Positions 18,197 through 28,154 of a stretch of DNA of 64,000 bases are shown piece after piece (within the stretch, counting starts at the first letter, position 1; each line of letters begins with the position of its first letter). Below the pieces are notes generated by a model. It was not told the DNA's origin, ran no database searches, and saw only the letters and a program-made list of their open reading frames with translations. The stretch comes from an uncultured cyanobacterium (GTDB lineage Bacteria > Cyanobacteriota > Cyanobacteriia > Cyanobacteriales > CAWCAG01), in assembly GCA_963793425.1 (NCBI GenBank), contig CAWCAG010000005.1, forward strand, positions 1,152,001 through 1,216,000, given 5' to 3'. The position numbers and the translations under genes were made by a program.

Positions 18197-20266
18197 CTAG
18201 GAGAAGTCATTGTCGCCACTTCCCCTCTTACGGGCTTGGACTGCGGCTTTGAGTACCTTAACTTTATAAGGATCAGTATCCTTGCGTCTGATCAGACGAT
18301 GTCCTTTGATAGTGGCACAATGGTCTTCAAGACATCTTAACCAGCCCTGGAGATGTGAAATACTACTCAAGTCATCTAATAGGCCCCAGTCTTGTTCCTG
18401 GCGGCTGAGACGGGCAAACTTTTCATACAAAGGATAATCTGTCGTAACTAAGGTTTCTTTTTGGTGCAGAATAGGGGGATTATCAGGCTCATATTCCCAA
18501 TAACTGACGTGTAAGTCTCGTAAGTCTATTTGCATACTAGTGTGAAGAAGGGGATGAGATTCTGTATCAAAATCTGGGTAAAAGAGGTAAGAAATCTTTG
18601 GCTTGCGGCTATGAAACTTAATTAAGGTTACTTCTTCCATTCTGCCGATGGTGCGGCTGGCACAACCTTCATAAAGTCGTAGCAAAGGGTTAAGGTTTTC
18701 CAAAGAACTAATGTGTACGAGGAGAGAGTTACGCTGCTTCTGCCCGATCTTACTATGTAAACAACACTCGGCAATCACTTCTGGATCACCAAGGCTAAAT
18801 AACATATCTTCTGCCTCAAAAGTTGCTTGGCGATAGCTACCAAATAGGCCTTTAAAATCTTCTTTCACCGTAGGGGCAAATTCTCTTAACTTGGGACGGC
18901 GATTCAATTCAGCCAAGGCTAAATAAAGTTGTAAATCTTGGCGACGTTTTGCGGCGATCGCCTCCCACTCTTGAGGTTCTGTTACTTGTAAAATTACTTT
19001 GAAGGCTCGGCGCAAAGTACCAAATTCTTCTTTAAGGGCAACTTCTTGGGCTAACTCTCCTTTGACTGGTAAGCGTCCTCGTTCAGTGAAAAAGGCCATC
19101 AAGGGGTTAAGTAATTCTTGATAATCTTCAAAACTTCTAATGGGTTTGCGTACCTTTGGAGTGATAGCCCTAGAACGGAAGCGGGAAGCACGGAAAGTTT
19201 GGGCTTGGGTTTCGTTACGAAAAACGAAGTAAATTCCCAACCCCACCGGGATAGCATCGGCGTTAAGAACCTGGTCAATATAACTTTTTAACTCTTCTTG
19301 TTCATAATACTTTTGAAACGTGCTGCGGTTGGTGATTACCCCATCTCCATAGGCAATTTGTCCTCTGCTGCTGCTACTAATTAAGACTTGCGCTGCTACA
19401 ATCAAAACCTGTTGAGTTAGTTCCCAGGCTCTTACAAGGGCTTCCCGCCGTTCTGCCAAGTCTTCTATAACGTTGATAATATAACCCAAGTTGACCACAG
19501 CAGAAGATGTTGGGGCTGTTTCTGGGCGATAATAGGGGTCCCAACCAGAACTCTGATAACCTTTTTTAGCCATGCGTTCGACATCTCCTCCCCAACCACA
19601 ACCATAGTCAAAGAAAGTTGTATCAGGGGAGAATAAGTCGGCTTCTAAGGCTAAACGGACAGGACGGGAAAGAGACTTACGTACCATTGCTGCTTTGTGG
19701 CGTTCAATCTTGATGGTACGAGTTTTGAAGGCTTTGTGCAGCGGACAAGCGAGATAATGTCCTTGTAACTCTACACCGTAGTTAGCAAGGCGTTGTTGCC
19801 ATTCCTTTTGAGTACCGATGAAGCGAGATTTATCTAATAAACCCAAAACTTCTTCAGTGGAAGTAAGTTGGGCAAATTTCTGGTAAAGAGGATAGTCAGG
19901 AGTGACAAAAGCTTCTTTGCGATGCAGTATGGGAGGATTTTCTGACTTACTATAATCTCGATAACTAGTTGCCAAACTCAGCACATCTACCTGAATACTA
20001 CTTTGTAGGGCTGGATGGGGATCTTCATCAAAATCTGGATAAAAAAGATAGGAAATCTTTGGTTTGTTAAGGTTAAATTTAACCAAGGTAGCTTCAGCTA
20101 ATTGTTTGCTAGTTTCCCTAACTCGGCTTTCATAACTTCGGAGTTGAGGAGCAAGGCAACTCAGAGCAGAAGTATGCACGTATAAAGCAGTAGGAAGAAG
20201 TTTACCAACTTTACTTTGCTGACATAGTTGCCAAATTTCACCCTTGGGATCAAGATTGGAAAGCAT
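18197..20266 (-). CDS. DNA phosphorothioation-associated putative methyltransferase (TIGR04096-like)
   Basis: IERHKAAM.R, FFDYGCG.G.D, GWDPYY, VNLGYIINVIED..ER, TFQKYY.Q.EL; internal repeat KISYLFYPDFD..HP.L..NPPILH occurs twice. Confidence 0.8.
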   Translation of the reverse strand: MLSNLDPKGEIWQLCQQSKVGKLLPTALYVHTSALSCLAPQLRSYESRVRETSKQLAEATLVKFNLNKPKISYLFYPDFDEDPHPALQSSIQVDVLSLATSYRDYSKSENPPILHRKEAFVTPDYPLYQKFAQLTSTEEVLGLLDKSRFIGTQKEWQQRLANYGVELQGHYLACPLHKAFKTRTIKIERHKAAMVRKSLSRPVRLALEADLFSPDTTFFDYGCGWGGDVERMAKKGYQSSGWDPYYRPETAPTSSAVVNLGYIINVIEDLAERREALVRAWELTQQVLIVAAQVLISSSSRGQIAYGDGVITNRSTFQKYYEQEELKSYIDQVLNADAIPVGLGIYFVFRNETQAQTFRASRFRSRAITPKVRKPIRSFEDYQELLNPLMAFFTERGRLPVKGELAQEVALKEEFGTLRRAFKVILQVTEPQEWEAIAAKRRQDLQLYLALAELNRRPKLREFAPTVKEDFKGLFGSYRQATFEAEDMLFSLGDPEVIAECCLHSKIGQKQRNSLLVHISSLENLNPLLRLYEGCASRTIGRMEEVTLIKFHSRKPKISYLFYPDFDTESHPLLHTSMQIDLRDLHVSYWEYEPDNPPILHQKETLVTTDYPLYEKFARLSRQEQDWGLLDDLSSISHLQGWLRCLEDHCATIKGHRLIRRKDTDPYKVKVLKAAVQARKRGSGDNDFS

Positions 20267-20477
20267 ATTTCAGTTATTACCCTATCAAGGAAGTAGCACC
20301 CTATTATTCCTAATGAGAACATAATACCAGTTCTGAAAACTAGCGCTACCGATTTTCTGGCTATTTTCTTGGCTTTTATTATTCCCAAAAAGCTTTTAAA
20401 AGTAGCAATTAGTTGATTTCCTGTTCCCCAAAAAAGTTTCTGTATAAGTAACTAAGTGTTTAATTAATAGTTAGCTT

Positions 20478-20717
20478 ATGCAGATTAAATATTCATTACT
20501 AATAAATAGTCTATTGTTGGCTATAGTAACTCTAAACCCACATAATAGTGAAGGAAATTTTAGTATTTTAAAAGAAAATAATAACTTTGCTTACCGTAGT
20601 TGCAGAGTGAAGCTCAGTGGCTGTCGTGGCGGTACTGGTAGAAGAAGGATTATGTCTGCGATTCCTGACCAAACAGATAATCTTAATAGTAGTCTCACTG
20701 CTTTAAAAGTATCTTAG
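20478..20717 (+). CDS. Small putatively secreted peptide, PatX-like
   Basis: Hydrophobic N-terminus and CRGGTGRRR, resembling the RG(S/T)GR motif. Confidence 0.45.
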   Translation: MQIKYSLLINSLLLAIVTLNPHNSEGNFSILKENNNFAYRSCRVKLSGCRGGTGRRRIMSAIPDQTDNLNSSLTALKVS

Positions 20718-20727
20718 CTTATTCTGA

Positions 20728-21489
20728 TTAAGATAGCCTTAAGCGAAGAAGTAAATCGTTTAATGCTTCCTTGGCAGTCGCCTTTTCTGGTAAATGACTC
20801 TTTTCAGTAGCTTCTTTTAAGGCACTTTCTAAGCGTTCGTACTCTTTTCGATAAAAAGTTAAGTCAGTTTCTTTTAAAAAAGCTTTTTCTTGCCCTTCTA
20901 CTTTTTGCTCAATAAGTTCTTGCAGATAAGATAACTGAAATACTTCGTTTAAAGTCAGTAAATTTGCTTCCACTTTCCCTGTTTGCATGAGATGAATACC
21001 TGTCAACAACACACGGTAAACATAAAGTAAAGGTTTAACTTGTCGGGGTTGCTTTTTCTCAAACAGTCGCCATTGGGTTTTAGCAAACCCAAGATAATGG
21101 TAAGAATGATAGCTAGTAAGGCAATCATGAGCAATTACTTTTAGTTCTGCATGAGCTGCGGTAGTCTGTAGAATTAAAGGAGAGTAAAGCTGCTCTAAAA
21201 CGTAGCCATTTCTGGTTAGTAATAAAGTAAAAAACTTCTTGATATCATGGGTGACTAAATCAACTTCTATGCCCTCTTTAGTCTCAGATAATTCAATAGT
21301 TTCATGAGACTTATACAAACCAACAACTTCTACTGCTGGTAAAATATGGACTCCCCGTAAGTCGTAATCTGAATCTGCTGAAGGAAAACCATATAAGTGT
21401 GCGCCGCTAATAGTAACAAATAACAAAGGATAAGGCTGATTTTTGATGGTTTCTGATAATTGCTTAATCATAATTTTTCTAGCTATCAC
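20728..21489 (-). CDS. Pol-beta-fold nucleotidyltransferase (RlaP/YcgL family)
   Basis: SGAHLYGFPSADSDYDLRG, NGYVLEQLYSP, KPLLYVYRVLLTG. Confidence 0.85.
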   Translation of the reverse strand: MIARKIMIKQLSETIKNQPYPLLFVTISGAHLYGFPSADSDYDLRGVHILPAVEVVGLYKSHETIELSETKEGIEVDLVTHDIKKFFTLLLTRNGYVLEQLYSPLILQTTAAHAELKVIAHDCLTSYHSYHYLGFAKTQWRLFEKKQPRQVKPLLYVYRVLLTGIHLMQTGKVEANLLTLNEVFQLSYLQELIEQKVEGQEKAFLKETDLTFYRKEYERLESALKEATEKSHLPEKATAKEALNDLLLRLRLS

Positions 21490-22412
21490 CTCTTCTTTAC
21501 CTGTAAATGTCTTGCTTTAATTAAAAAAGCATTAGCTTTTTCATAATCAGGACGTTCTGGTAAAGAAGTCTGAGAAAATGCTAAGTCAAACTCTTTATGT
21601 AGTTTAAGTCTCCAAGCATTTACTTCTTCCCAAGGCATTTCTCCATTGCGAATCCCTAATAAATGTTGTCGATATTCTTCAACTTCAACGGGAACAAAAC
21701 CTTCTTTAAGCACAGTTATACCTGACAGTAACAAACGAATTAAGTGCATAGCGTGTTTCAATTTAACTTGCCCCTTAGTACGTAAATCCTGTTCCATCTT
21801 CTTAAACTGGGACATCACGTAACCGTTGTAAGTTTGATATACCAATTGAGAAAGAAACATTTCTCTTTGAGACAATAATTCTTCTCCCAAAGGAGTAGCT
21901 TTTTCTATTAAAGGTGTATAAAGACATTCCAAAACATTAGGATTAGCTTTTAAAGCGAGAATAAGAAACTTTTGTAATTCCCAATAACATTCTTGAGTAG
22001 CATCATTTTCGATTTGTTCTGGAATACCATAAAGTGACCAATGAATGGTAGCAGGAGGAAGATAAATACCCCGAATATCGGTATCAGAGTTAGCATTATC
22101 TAAGCCAAAAGCTTTAGAACCAACGATGCAACGATAAATTGTATAATCAAATAAGTTTAACTCTGCCAACATATCTTCAGCAGCAAGAAAACCTTCTTTT
22201 TGAAAATGCTTACGGATACTAAATTCTTGGCGATGTAAAGTAACTTCTGCATGGTTAGGAAGACGAACTCTATAAGCGTGAGAATTATCTGTAGGTGCTT
22301 TAATAATAACTCCCACTGCCCCCCGTAAACAGATTATTTCCTGGGCAGAATTTTTGACTTCCCGACGAGCAACAACTTGTGTACCTTCGGGAATAATGAG
22401 GTGGGGATTCAT
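21486..22412 (-). CDS. Pol-beta-fold nucleotidyltransferase (RlaP family) with extra N-terminal domain
   Basis: VGSKAFGLD..NSDTDIRG, LKANPNVLECL, KHAMHLIRLL, LPERPDY. Confidence 0.85.
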   Translation of the reverse strand: MNPHLIIPEGTQVVARREVKNSAQEIICLRGAVGVIIKAPTDNSHAYRVRLPNHAEVTLHRQEFSIRKHFQKEGFLAAEDMLAELNLFDYTIYRCIVGSKAFGLDNANSDTDIRGIYLPPATIHWSLYGIPEQIENDATQECYWELQKFLILALKANPNVLECLYTPLIEKATPLGEELLSQREMFLSQLVYQTYNGYVMSQFKKMEQDLRTKGQVKLKHAMHLIRLLLSGITVLKEGFVPVEVEEYRQHLLGIRNGEMPWEEVNAWRLKLHKEFDLAFSQTSLPERPDYEKANAFLIKARHLQVKKR

Positions 22413-22461
22413 TTTTTAAGTGATAAGTTAAAAAAATTTCTAGCTATTCTCTATTTCGTAA

Positions 22462-23358
22462 TTAAACACAATAAGCTAAAGCAAAACGTTCTACTCCTGA
22501 CAAATCAGGAATAATTTTTATATCTTGATAACTGCCTTGCTGTTGTAAAAGATCACGAACTTCTTCTGATTGCCCTATCATCATCTCAATCATAAAAATC
22601 CCCCCTGAATGGAGATAATCAGGAGCAGTAGTAACCAAATATCTGATACAATCTAAACCATCTTCCCCACCATCTAAAGCGAGATGAGGTTCATGTTTTG
22701 CCACTTCTGGTTGTAATTTAGCCACCGAAGTAGTGGGAATATAAGGCGGGTTAGAAATCATCCCCTTCACTTTGCCTTGAAGATGAGTTAGAGGTTCCCA
22801 CCAAAAACCTTGATAAAATTTGATTTGCCCAAAACCTAATCGATTAGCATTAGCTGCAGCTACTCTTAAAGCTGCGGCACTAAAATCTACAGCATGAATA
22901 GTAGCATCAGGGAAAACCTCCGCTAATCCTAATGCGATCGCGCCGCTACCTGTACCCAAGTCTACCCAATCTCCCCTTCTCAATTCTGGAGAATTGCCCG
23001 CAGCATTCACAGCTAGATCAATTAAACATTCTGTTTCTGGGCGAGGAATCAATACATCTGAGGAAACTTCTAGCCGAAAATTTCTCCAAGAACTTTTCCC
23101 TACCAGATATTGTACTGGTACTCTGGCAGAAAGACGTTGCTGCCAAAGTTGAGCTAGTTGGGGTAAAGAATAATCACTCTGAAGCTGAGAACACTCTTCA
23201 AAACTTGACAAACGCAATGCCAAGCTATCAAGTTCTGTTACTTCTTGCAACAACCAGTCTACCTCCTGGGGAGGTACAGAAGCAGCGATCGCCCCTTGCT
23301 TAGCTTCATACCTCCAAACAGCGAGTTGTTGCCCTGATACTAACTTCATCCCATCCAC
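22462..23358 (-). CDS. prmC: Release factor glutamine methyltransferase
   Basis: VLIPRPETE, DLGTGSGAI, SNPPY, HEPHLALDGG.DGL. Confidence 0.95.
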   Translation of the reverse strand: MDGMKLVSGQQLAVWRYEAKQGAIAASVPPQEVDWLLQEVTELDSLALRLSSFEECSQLQSDYSLPQLAQLWQQRLSARVPVQYLVGKSSWRNFRLEVSSDVLIPRPETECLIDLAVNAAGNSPELRRGDWVDLGTGSGAIALGLAEVFPDATIHAVDFSAAALRVAAANANRLGFGQIKFYQGFWWEPLTHLQGKVKGMISNPPYIPTTSVAKLQPEVAKHEPHLALDGGEDGLDCIRYLVTTAPDYLHSGGIFMIEMMIGQSEEVRDLLQQQGSYQDIKIIPDLSGVERFALAYCV

Positions 23359-23366
23359 TTTATAGC

Positions 23367-24164
23367 TTAATTTCCAGGGTTATTACTGGGTTGCCCCCCT
23401 TCTTGCTGTTTGAGCAACTCTTGCACTAAAGACTCCGCTTCTTGGGATCTAACCAAAAACATATTTTTAATCGCATCGCCGCTTTCATTCTCAAATAGCT
23501 CAATTACATACTCTAAAGGCAAAACCCTAATTTGCACATCAGAAGCCATTCCTGGTTCTTGTTGCTTAAAAAGTTCTGCTAATTTTTGGGCTTGTTCCTT
23601 TTCAAAAAAGAGGGGGATTTGATCACTTCCTGGTGCAGGCAAGTAGATTTCTTGCTTTTCTGACTGTCCTTCCCTTTGAACTTCTACCGTCGCAAAAAAT
23701 AATGGCACTCCCCTAAACTGACTCACTTCTTGCCCTTGCTGCTTAAGAAGACTCACCGCCGAATTCACCTCTTGCTGTATCGGTACAAACCGAAAATCAG
23801 GGCTATCAGTTTGTTGAGATGCTTCCTTAACTTTTTGGTAAATATCTGGTAGAGAAACAATAACTAACTGTGCTTCTTGGGCGATATCTGGGTTAGTTTG
23901 TTTTAACTGCTCAATAGCTGCTTCTGCATCCTTCAAGCTCAAGAATAAATTAGCAATACCCTTTTCTTGTCCTTGTCTAACCGTTAGTAGAGGTAAGCCT
24001 TCACTATCAGTAATGCTATAAATAGGAACCCCTTGCAAATTATCAATAACTTCCGTTTCCGGTAAAGCCATGGAGTTCGGGCTAACGCCAAAAACGACTC
24101 CAACCATAGTGCTGCTGACTAAACCTAGTGTGGCCGCAAAACGAATTAATGCTTTCATGTTCAA
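23367..24164 (-). CDS. Tic22 family protein
   Basis: Signal peptide, ALPE.EV..L..VPIY, FRFVP, F.GVPLF, IPLFFEKE. Confidence 0.85.
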   Translation of the reverse strand: MNMKALIRFAATLGLVSSTMVGVVFGVSPNSMALPETEVIDNLQGVPIYSITDSEGLPLLTVRQGQEKGIANLFLSLKDAEAAIEQLKQTNPDIAQEAQLVIVSLPDIYQKVKEASQQTDSPDFRFVPIQQEVNSAVSLLKQQGQEVSQFRGVPLFFATVEVQREGQSEKQEIYLPAPGSDQIPLFFEKEQAQKLAELFKQQEPGMASDVQIRVLPLEYVIELFENESGDAIKNMFLVRSQEAESLVQELLKQQEGGQPSNNPGN

Positions 24165-24260
24165 TTACCTCAAAAACTATTTGTAATTAGAAAAGTATCG
24201 CTTTAAGTAATATGGCGAGGACATAAACAATAGACTTCTAAACCTATCTACTAGTTTCCT

Positions 24261-25001
24261 TCACAAGGATCTCAAAAATTCTAAGGATTCTTCCGTTGGC
24301 TCTAAAATCATCTTACGCACTGTCTCGCTATCTTCTGTTTCAAAACGATTCAATATTAAGTCTAAAGAAGTAACACCAATCTCTAGCTGAAGAGTTAAAT
24401 CTGGATGTTCTCGTCTAAATTCAGCTACCATTTCCTCAGCCGCCTTTTTTTCAAAAAACAAAGGAATTACTGACGTGTCTTGCTCCTTTCTTTCTAAATA
24501 AGTAATTTGCAGGTCATCCCATCGTTTAATGCTCACGAAAAATAGAGGTACTCCCTGGAATTTTCCTGACTTTGTCACAGCTTCTGCGGCAGTTCTTTCA
24601 GCCGCAGAAGCTGCCGCCAAGCTAGGAGTTACGCTAAATACAGAGCTATTACTCTTTTGAGTATCTTCTTTGGTAAGTTGATAAATATCTGCTAAAGAAA
24701 CTGCCCTAACTTGTAGCCTTTCTACAAGTTCACTTTTGCCCAAAGCTTGTCTCTGGTTAATAAAACTTTGAGCATCATTTTGGCTAACGAATACAGGTTT
24801 TTCACGACTTGTATTATCTACCAAAGTTACTAAAGGAGAGCCTTGCTCATTAACTATAGCGAATACCACCACTACTCTTAATTTTTCAACAATCTCTTCT
24901 TCTGATATAGCTAAAGCTTGTTGGTTAAAAGCAAAAATAGAGCTGAGGAAAACACCACTAATCAAACTCAGGGCTGTACTCTTATTAGTTAAAAATTCCA
25001 T
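24261..25001 (-). CDS. Tic22 family protein (second, divergent paralogue)
   Basis: AISEEEIVEKL..V.VFAI...G.PL, FQGVPLF, IPLFFEK. Confidence 0.8.
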   Translation of the reverse strand: MEFLTNKSTALSLISGVFLSSIFAFNQQALAISEEEIVEKLRVVVVFAIVNEQGSPLVTLVDNTSREKPVFVSQNDAQSFINQRQALGKSELVERLQVRAVSLADIYQLTKEDTQKSNSSVFSVTPSLAAASAAERTAAEAVTKSGKFQGVPLFFVSIKRWDDLQITYLERKEQDTSVIPLFFEKKAAEEMVAEFRREHPDLTLQLEIGVTSLDLILNRFETEDSETVRKMILEPTEESLEFLRSL

Positions 25002-25121
25002 AGCTTAACTTTTATTAACCCTTGAGGTAGATTCTGACTTAACTCAATTAACCAAAGTCCATGTGTTCTAATAGCGCTTTGCTATTAAAATAACACTTCA
25101 TTATTTCTTAAAAATCTTCCA

Positions 25122-25195
25122 TCGGGATGACAGGATTCGAACCTGCGACATCCTGCTCCCAAAGCAGGCGCGCTACCAAGCTGCGCTACATCCCG
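25122..25195 (-). tRNA. trnP: tRNA-Pro (UGG)
   Basis: Minus strand CGGGATGTAGCGCAGCTTGGTAGCGCGCCTGCTTTGGGAGCAGGATGTCGCAGGTTCGAATCCTGTCATCCCGA folds as a cloverleaf with anticodon TGG; CCA not encoded. Confidence 0.97.
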
Positions 25196-25256
25196 TGTAT
25201 ATAGCTCATCTAGTATAACTTACTTTCCCGTTTTTTACTAGTAAAGATCATCAAGT

Positions 25257-25781
25257 TTAGTCGGGATACCAGAACATACCTTTAATGCCTTCTGGATCTA
25301 AAAGGAAACCAAGTTGACGATAAAAGTCCACTACTTGAGGATCAGCAAAAAGAGTAATATTACTAATATCTTCTCCTTTAAGTTTTTTGATTATATACTT
25401 CATCAATCCTTTGCCAAATCCTTTACCCTGATAATCAGGGTGAACTACAACATCCCAAATTGTCGCATTAAAGGCATAGTCAGACGTAGCTCTAGCAAAG
25501 CCAATCAAGCGCCGCCTGCTGCCTCTAACTTCCCACATAGATACAACCAAAAAACTATGTTGGAGAGCTTTTTTTACTTTTCTTAGGGGACGACGAGACC
25601 AACCAACGGCATCGCATAACTCCTCTAGTTCATATAAATCAAGCTCTCTATCCGTACTAAATAGTATTTTGGGTTGGCGGACGCTATCGTTAAGTTCTTG
25701 AAACGCCTCGCTTTCCGGTGCTATTGTTGCCGATGCAGAGACAGCATCAGAATTACTAAATAAATTTTTCCAAAACCCCAT
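25257..25781 (-). CDS. ycf52: GNAT acetyltransferase, Ycf52 type
   Basis: [47 protein letters not shown]. Confidence 0.85.
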   Translation of the reverse strand: MGFWKNLFSNSDAVSASATIAPESEAFQELNDSVRQPKILFSTDRELDLYELEELCDAVGWSRRPLRKVKKALQHSFLVVSMWEVRGSRRRLIGFARATSDYAFNATIWDVVVHPDYQGKGFGKGLMKYIIKKLKGEDISNITLFADPQVVDFYRQLGFLLDPEGIKGMFWYPD

Positions 25782-26246
25782 GCCTATTTGGCTAAGTTAG
25801 GTGATTTCTTTGCTGCGCTAAGGTAACTCAACGCAATATTTCCTGATTGTAGACGAATCTAAGGACTTAACCTACCCAAGGTATAGGGGTAGAAGTCCTA
25901 GCTTAAGTAGCAAAGCCTCCCAAGCGTTAAGATACCGTCTCAAGGTAATCGCTATAATCAACTTACGTAGACTACACAAACTACTTTAATACAGTCAAAC
26001 TTTACAAACATACCATAAGTGAGCAATAGTGAAGGTTCGTTTACCTTTTCTTGATCTAAACTTAAAATCCACGATTTAGATATTAGCACAACAACGAACT
26101 CTTATTCTTCACATATACTCATTTCTAAGTAAGCTCAGCCATCGCATGATTTGAATTAGACTGGGTTTATTAAAAACTTTCTGGAGCTAGTTGAACATCT
26201 CTCTTGCTCCTTGTTCATCCTATCAGGCAAGACCTAAATAACCCTT

Positions 26247-26975
26247 ATGGCTGCGGGTTTAAAATCATCTACCTTGGAACTCTTAAAGCGCTTTAATAGA
26301 GCGTTTCCCAAGTTCTATGAACAGTTTGTTAGTAGTGAAATACAACTACAGAACCTGCGGTTAGCATATCGGCTCTACCGAACTAAACGGGCAGTGATTG
26401 AACTTAAACCAGAAGGCTCTAAAAGTGCTTTGCATTTTGCTTACCGTAATCAGTCTTTTTTGCTGAGCGATATTTTTGGCGTACTTCATGCCTATGGCTT
26501 AACCATCCACAGTAGTCTGAGCCTTTATGGTCAAATAAAACCACCAATGCTAGTATTCCTCAAATTGGTGGTTTCTCGCGGTAGCAAAGCTCTAACAGAA
26601 CAAACAGCAGATAATGTCTGCCGAGCCATTAGGGAAGCCCTAGCAGGAAGATTTGAAGTAGAAGAAATGCTCGCAGTAGAATTTAACCTTAATGCCGGTT
26701 TAGAGCAGGTAGAAACAGAGTTCTATATAGATCCGGTTTTCCATCTTCCTGCACTGTTAATAGAGGCAGATAACCAGCCCGGCCTTTTCTACAAAGTAAT
26801 GTACACCATTTGGCAAGAAGATTTGCTAGTTGTCAATGCTAATTTACTAGTCTGGCGTGGTCGTACTCGCTTAATCCTTTATTTACTAGGGCCTAACGAA
26901 AGCTTAATCCCTGAATATCTTGGCCAAAAAATCGCTGAAAGCGTACGACAAAGATTACTTGGTCAGCAATTTTAG
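26247..26975 (+). CDS. Conserved cyanobacterial protein with ACT-like repeats
   Basis: RNQSFLLSDIFGVL and ADNQPGLFYKV ACT-like motifs. Confidence 0.7.
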   Translation: MAAGLKSSTLELLKRFNRAFPKFYEQFVSSEIQLQNLRLAYRLYRTKRAVIELKPEGSKSALHFAYRNQSFLLSDIFGVLHAYGLTIHSSLSLYGQIKPPMLVFLKLVVSRGSKALTEQTADNVCRAIREALAGRFEVEEMLAVEFNLNAGLEQVETEFYIDPVFHLPALLIEADNQPGLFYKVMYTIWQEDLLVVNANLLVWRGRTRLILYLLGPNESLIPEYLGQKIAESVRQRLLGQQF

Positions 26976-27000
26976 AGGCTATAACTGATACGATTAACAT

Positions 27001-27939
27001 ATGGTAACGATAGATATTTTGGGAGTTCCTCATACTTATGAGCTTACACCTCCCGTTCCTCAACCATCAAAAGCTGTATTAGTTTTTATTCATGGCTGGC
27101 TTTTGAGCCGCCGGTATTGGAACCCCCTTATTGAGCAGTTGTCAACAAGTCATCAATGCTTAACCTATGACTTGAGAGGATTTGGAGATTCTCAAGAAAA
27201 TCCCACTGACAATCCCACAAACAGTTCTAGGGAGCCTGATTTCTCTCGCTTAACTCCTCAAAATACTCAGGATTCTAGTAGAGGAAATTACACTTTAGCG
27301 GCCTACGCGCAAGACTTACGTTTTCTACTGCAAAAGCTTCACATAGAAAAAGCTTGGCTTATAGGTCATTCTCTAGGAGGAAGTATAGCTGTGTGGGGAG
27401 CCGAGCTTCTTCCTGAACAAGTTCAAGGAGTTATTTGCTTAAATTCTGGAGGCGGCATTTATCTTGAAGAAGAGTTTGAGCGCTTTCGCTCTGCGGGGAA
27501 ACAACTCGTTAAACGTCGTCCTTCCTGGCTGAAACAGGTTCCCTTGATGGATTTTATATTTTCAAGAATCATGGTAGAGCGCCCTTTGAATCGCTATTGG
27601 GGACGACAAAGACTGATTGATTTTGTAGCAGCGGATACTAAGGCGGCGTTAGGATCTTTACTAGATTCAACAACAGAAAAAGAAGTTCATCTTTTGCCTC
27701 AAATTGTCTCTCGTTTGAAGCAGCCAGTTTACTTTTTAGCTGGCGCTAAAGACAAAGTTATGGAACCACAATATGTTCGTCACCTAGCTAGCTTTCATCG
27801 GTCATTCGGTAACTGTGGTGATAATGTTATAGAAATATCTGGTTGCGGCCATATGTCTATGGTAGAAAGAACAGATGCCGTTGCTTCAGAAATTAGTATA
27901 ATTTTGCAAAATCATGAACTTTCTCTACCTACGCTCTGA
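27001..27939 (+). CDS. Alpha/beta hydrolase
   Basis: FIHGW, YDLRGFGDS, GHSLGG, CGH. Confidence 0.92.
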   Translation: MVTIDILGVPHTYELTPPVPQPSKAVLVFIHGWLLSRRYWNPLIEQLSTSHQCLTYDLRGFGDSQENPTDNPTNSSREPDFSRLTPQNTQDSSRGNYTLAAYAQDLRFLLQKLHIEKAWLIGHSLGGSIAVWGAELLPEQVQGVICLNSGGGIYLEEEFERFRSAGKQLVKRRPSWLKQVPLMDFIFSRIMVERPLNRYWGRQRLIDFVAADTKAALGSLLDSTTEKEVHLLPQIVSRLKQPVYFLAGAKDKVMEPQYVRHLASFHRSFGNCGDNVIEISGCGHMSMVERTDAVASEISIILQNHELSLPTL

Positions 27940-28154
27940 ATAACAAATATTTGTTATTTATCGTCAATATTGTGTAACAATAACAGTATGATCTTAGCTT
28001 TAAAGCTCCATATTAAGATAAAAGGAAAATTTCCTCCCTAACTTTTAGATAAAATCACAATTGCAACTTTTGAGAATTTCTACTCAAATAAAAATTAGGT
28101 TAACCCGGTTGTTACGAAAATTGCCAGAAGATTTTTGCTTAGGAGAATTCATCT

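Noticed and set aside
17989..18340. ORFs 17989-18219 and 18044-18340, plus other short antisense ORFs in the track (e.g. 372-620, 22932-23303, 31265-32302, 35844-36206, 61356-61721)
   Set aside because: They are shadows of or overlaps with well-supported genes and have no recognisable motifs.
25122..25195. tRNA-Pro as an integration site for an island
   Set aside because: No duplicated tRNA 3' end or integrase was seen, and the flanking genes are core genes.
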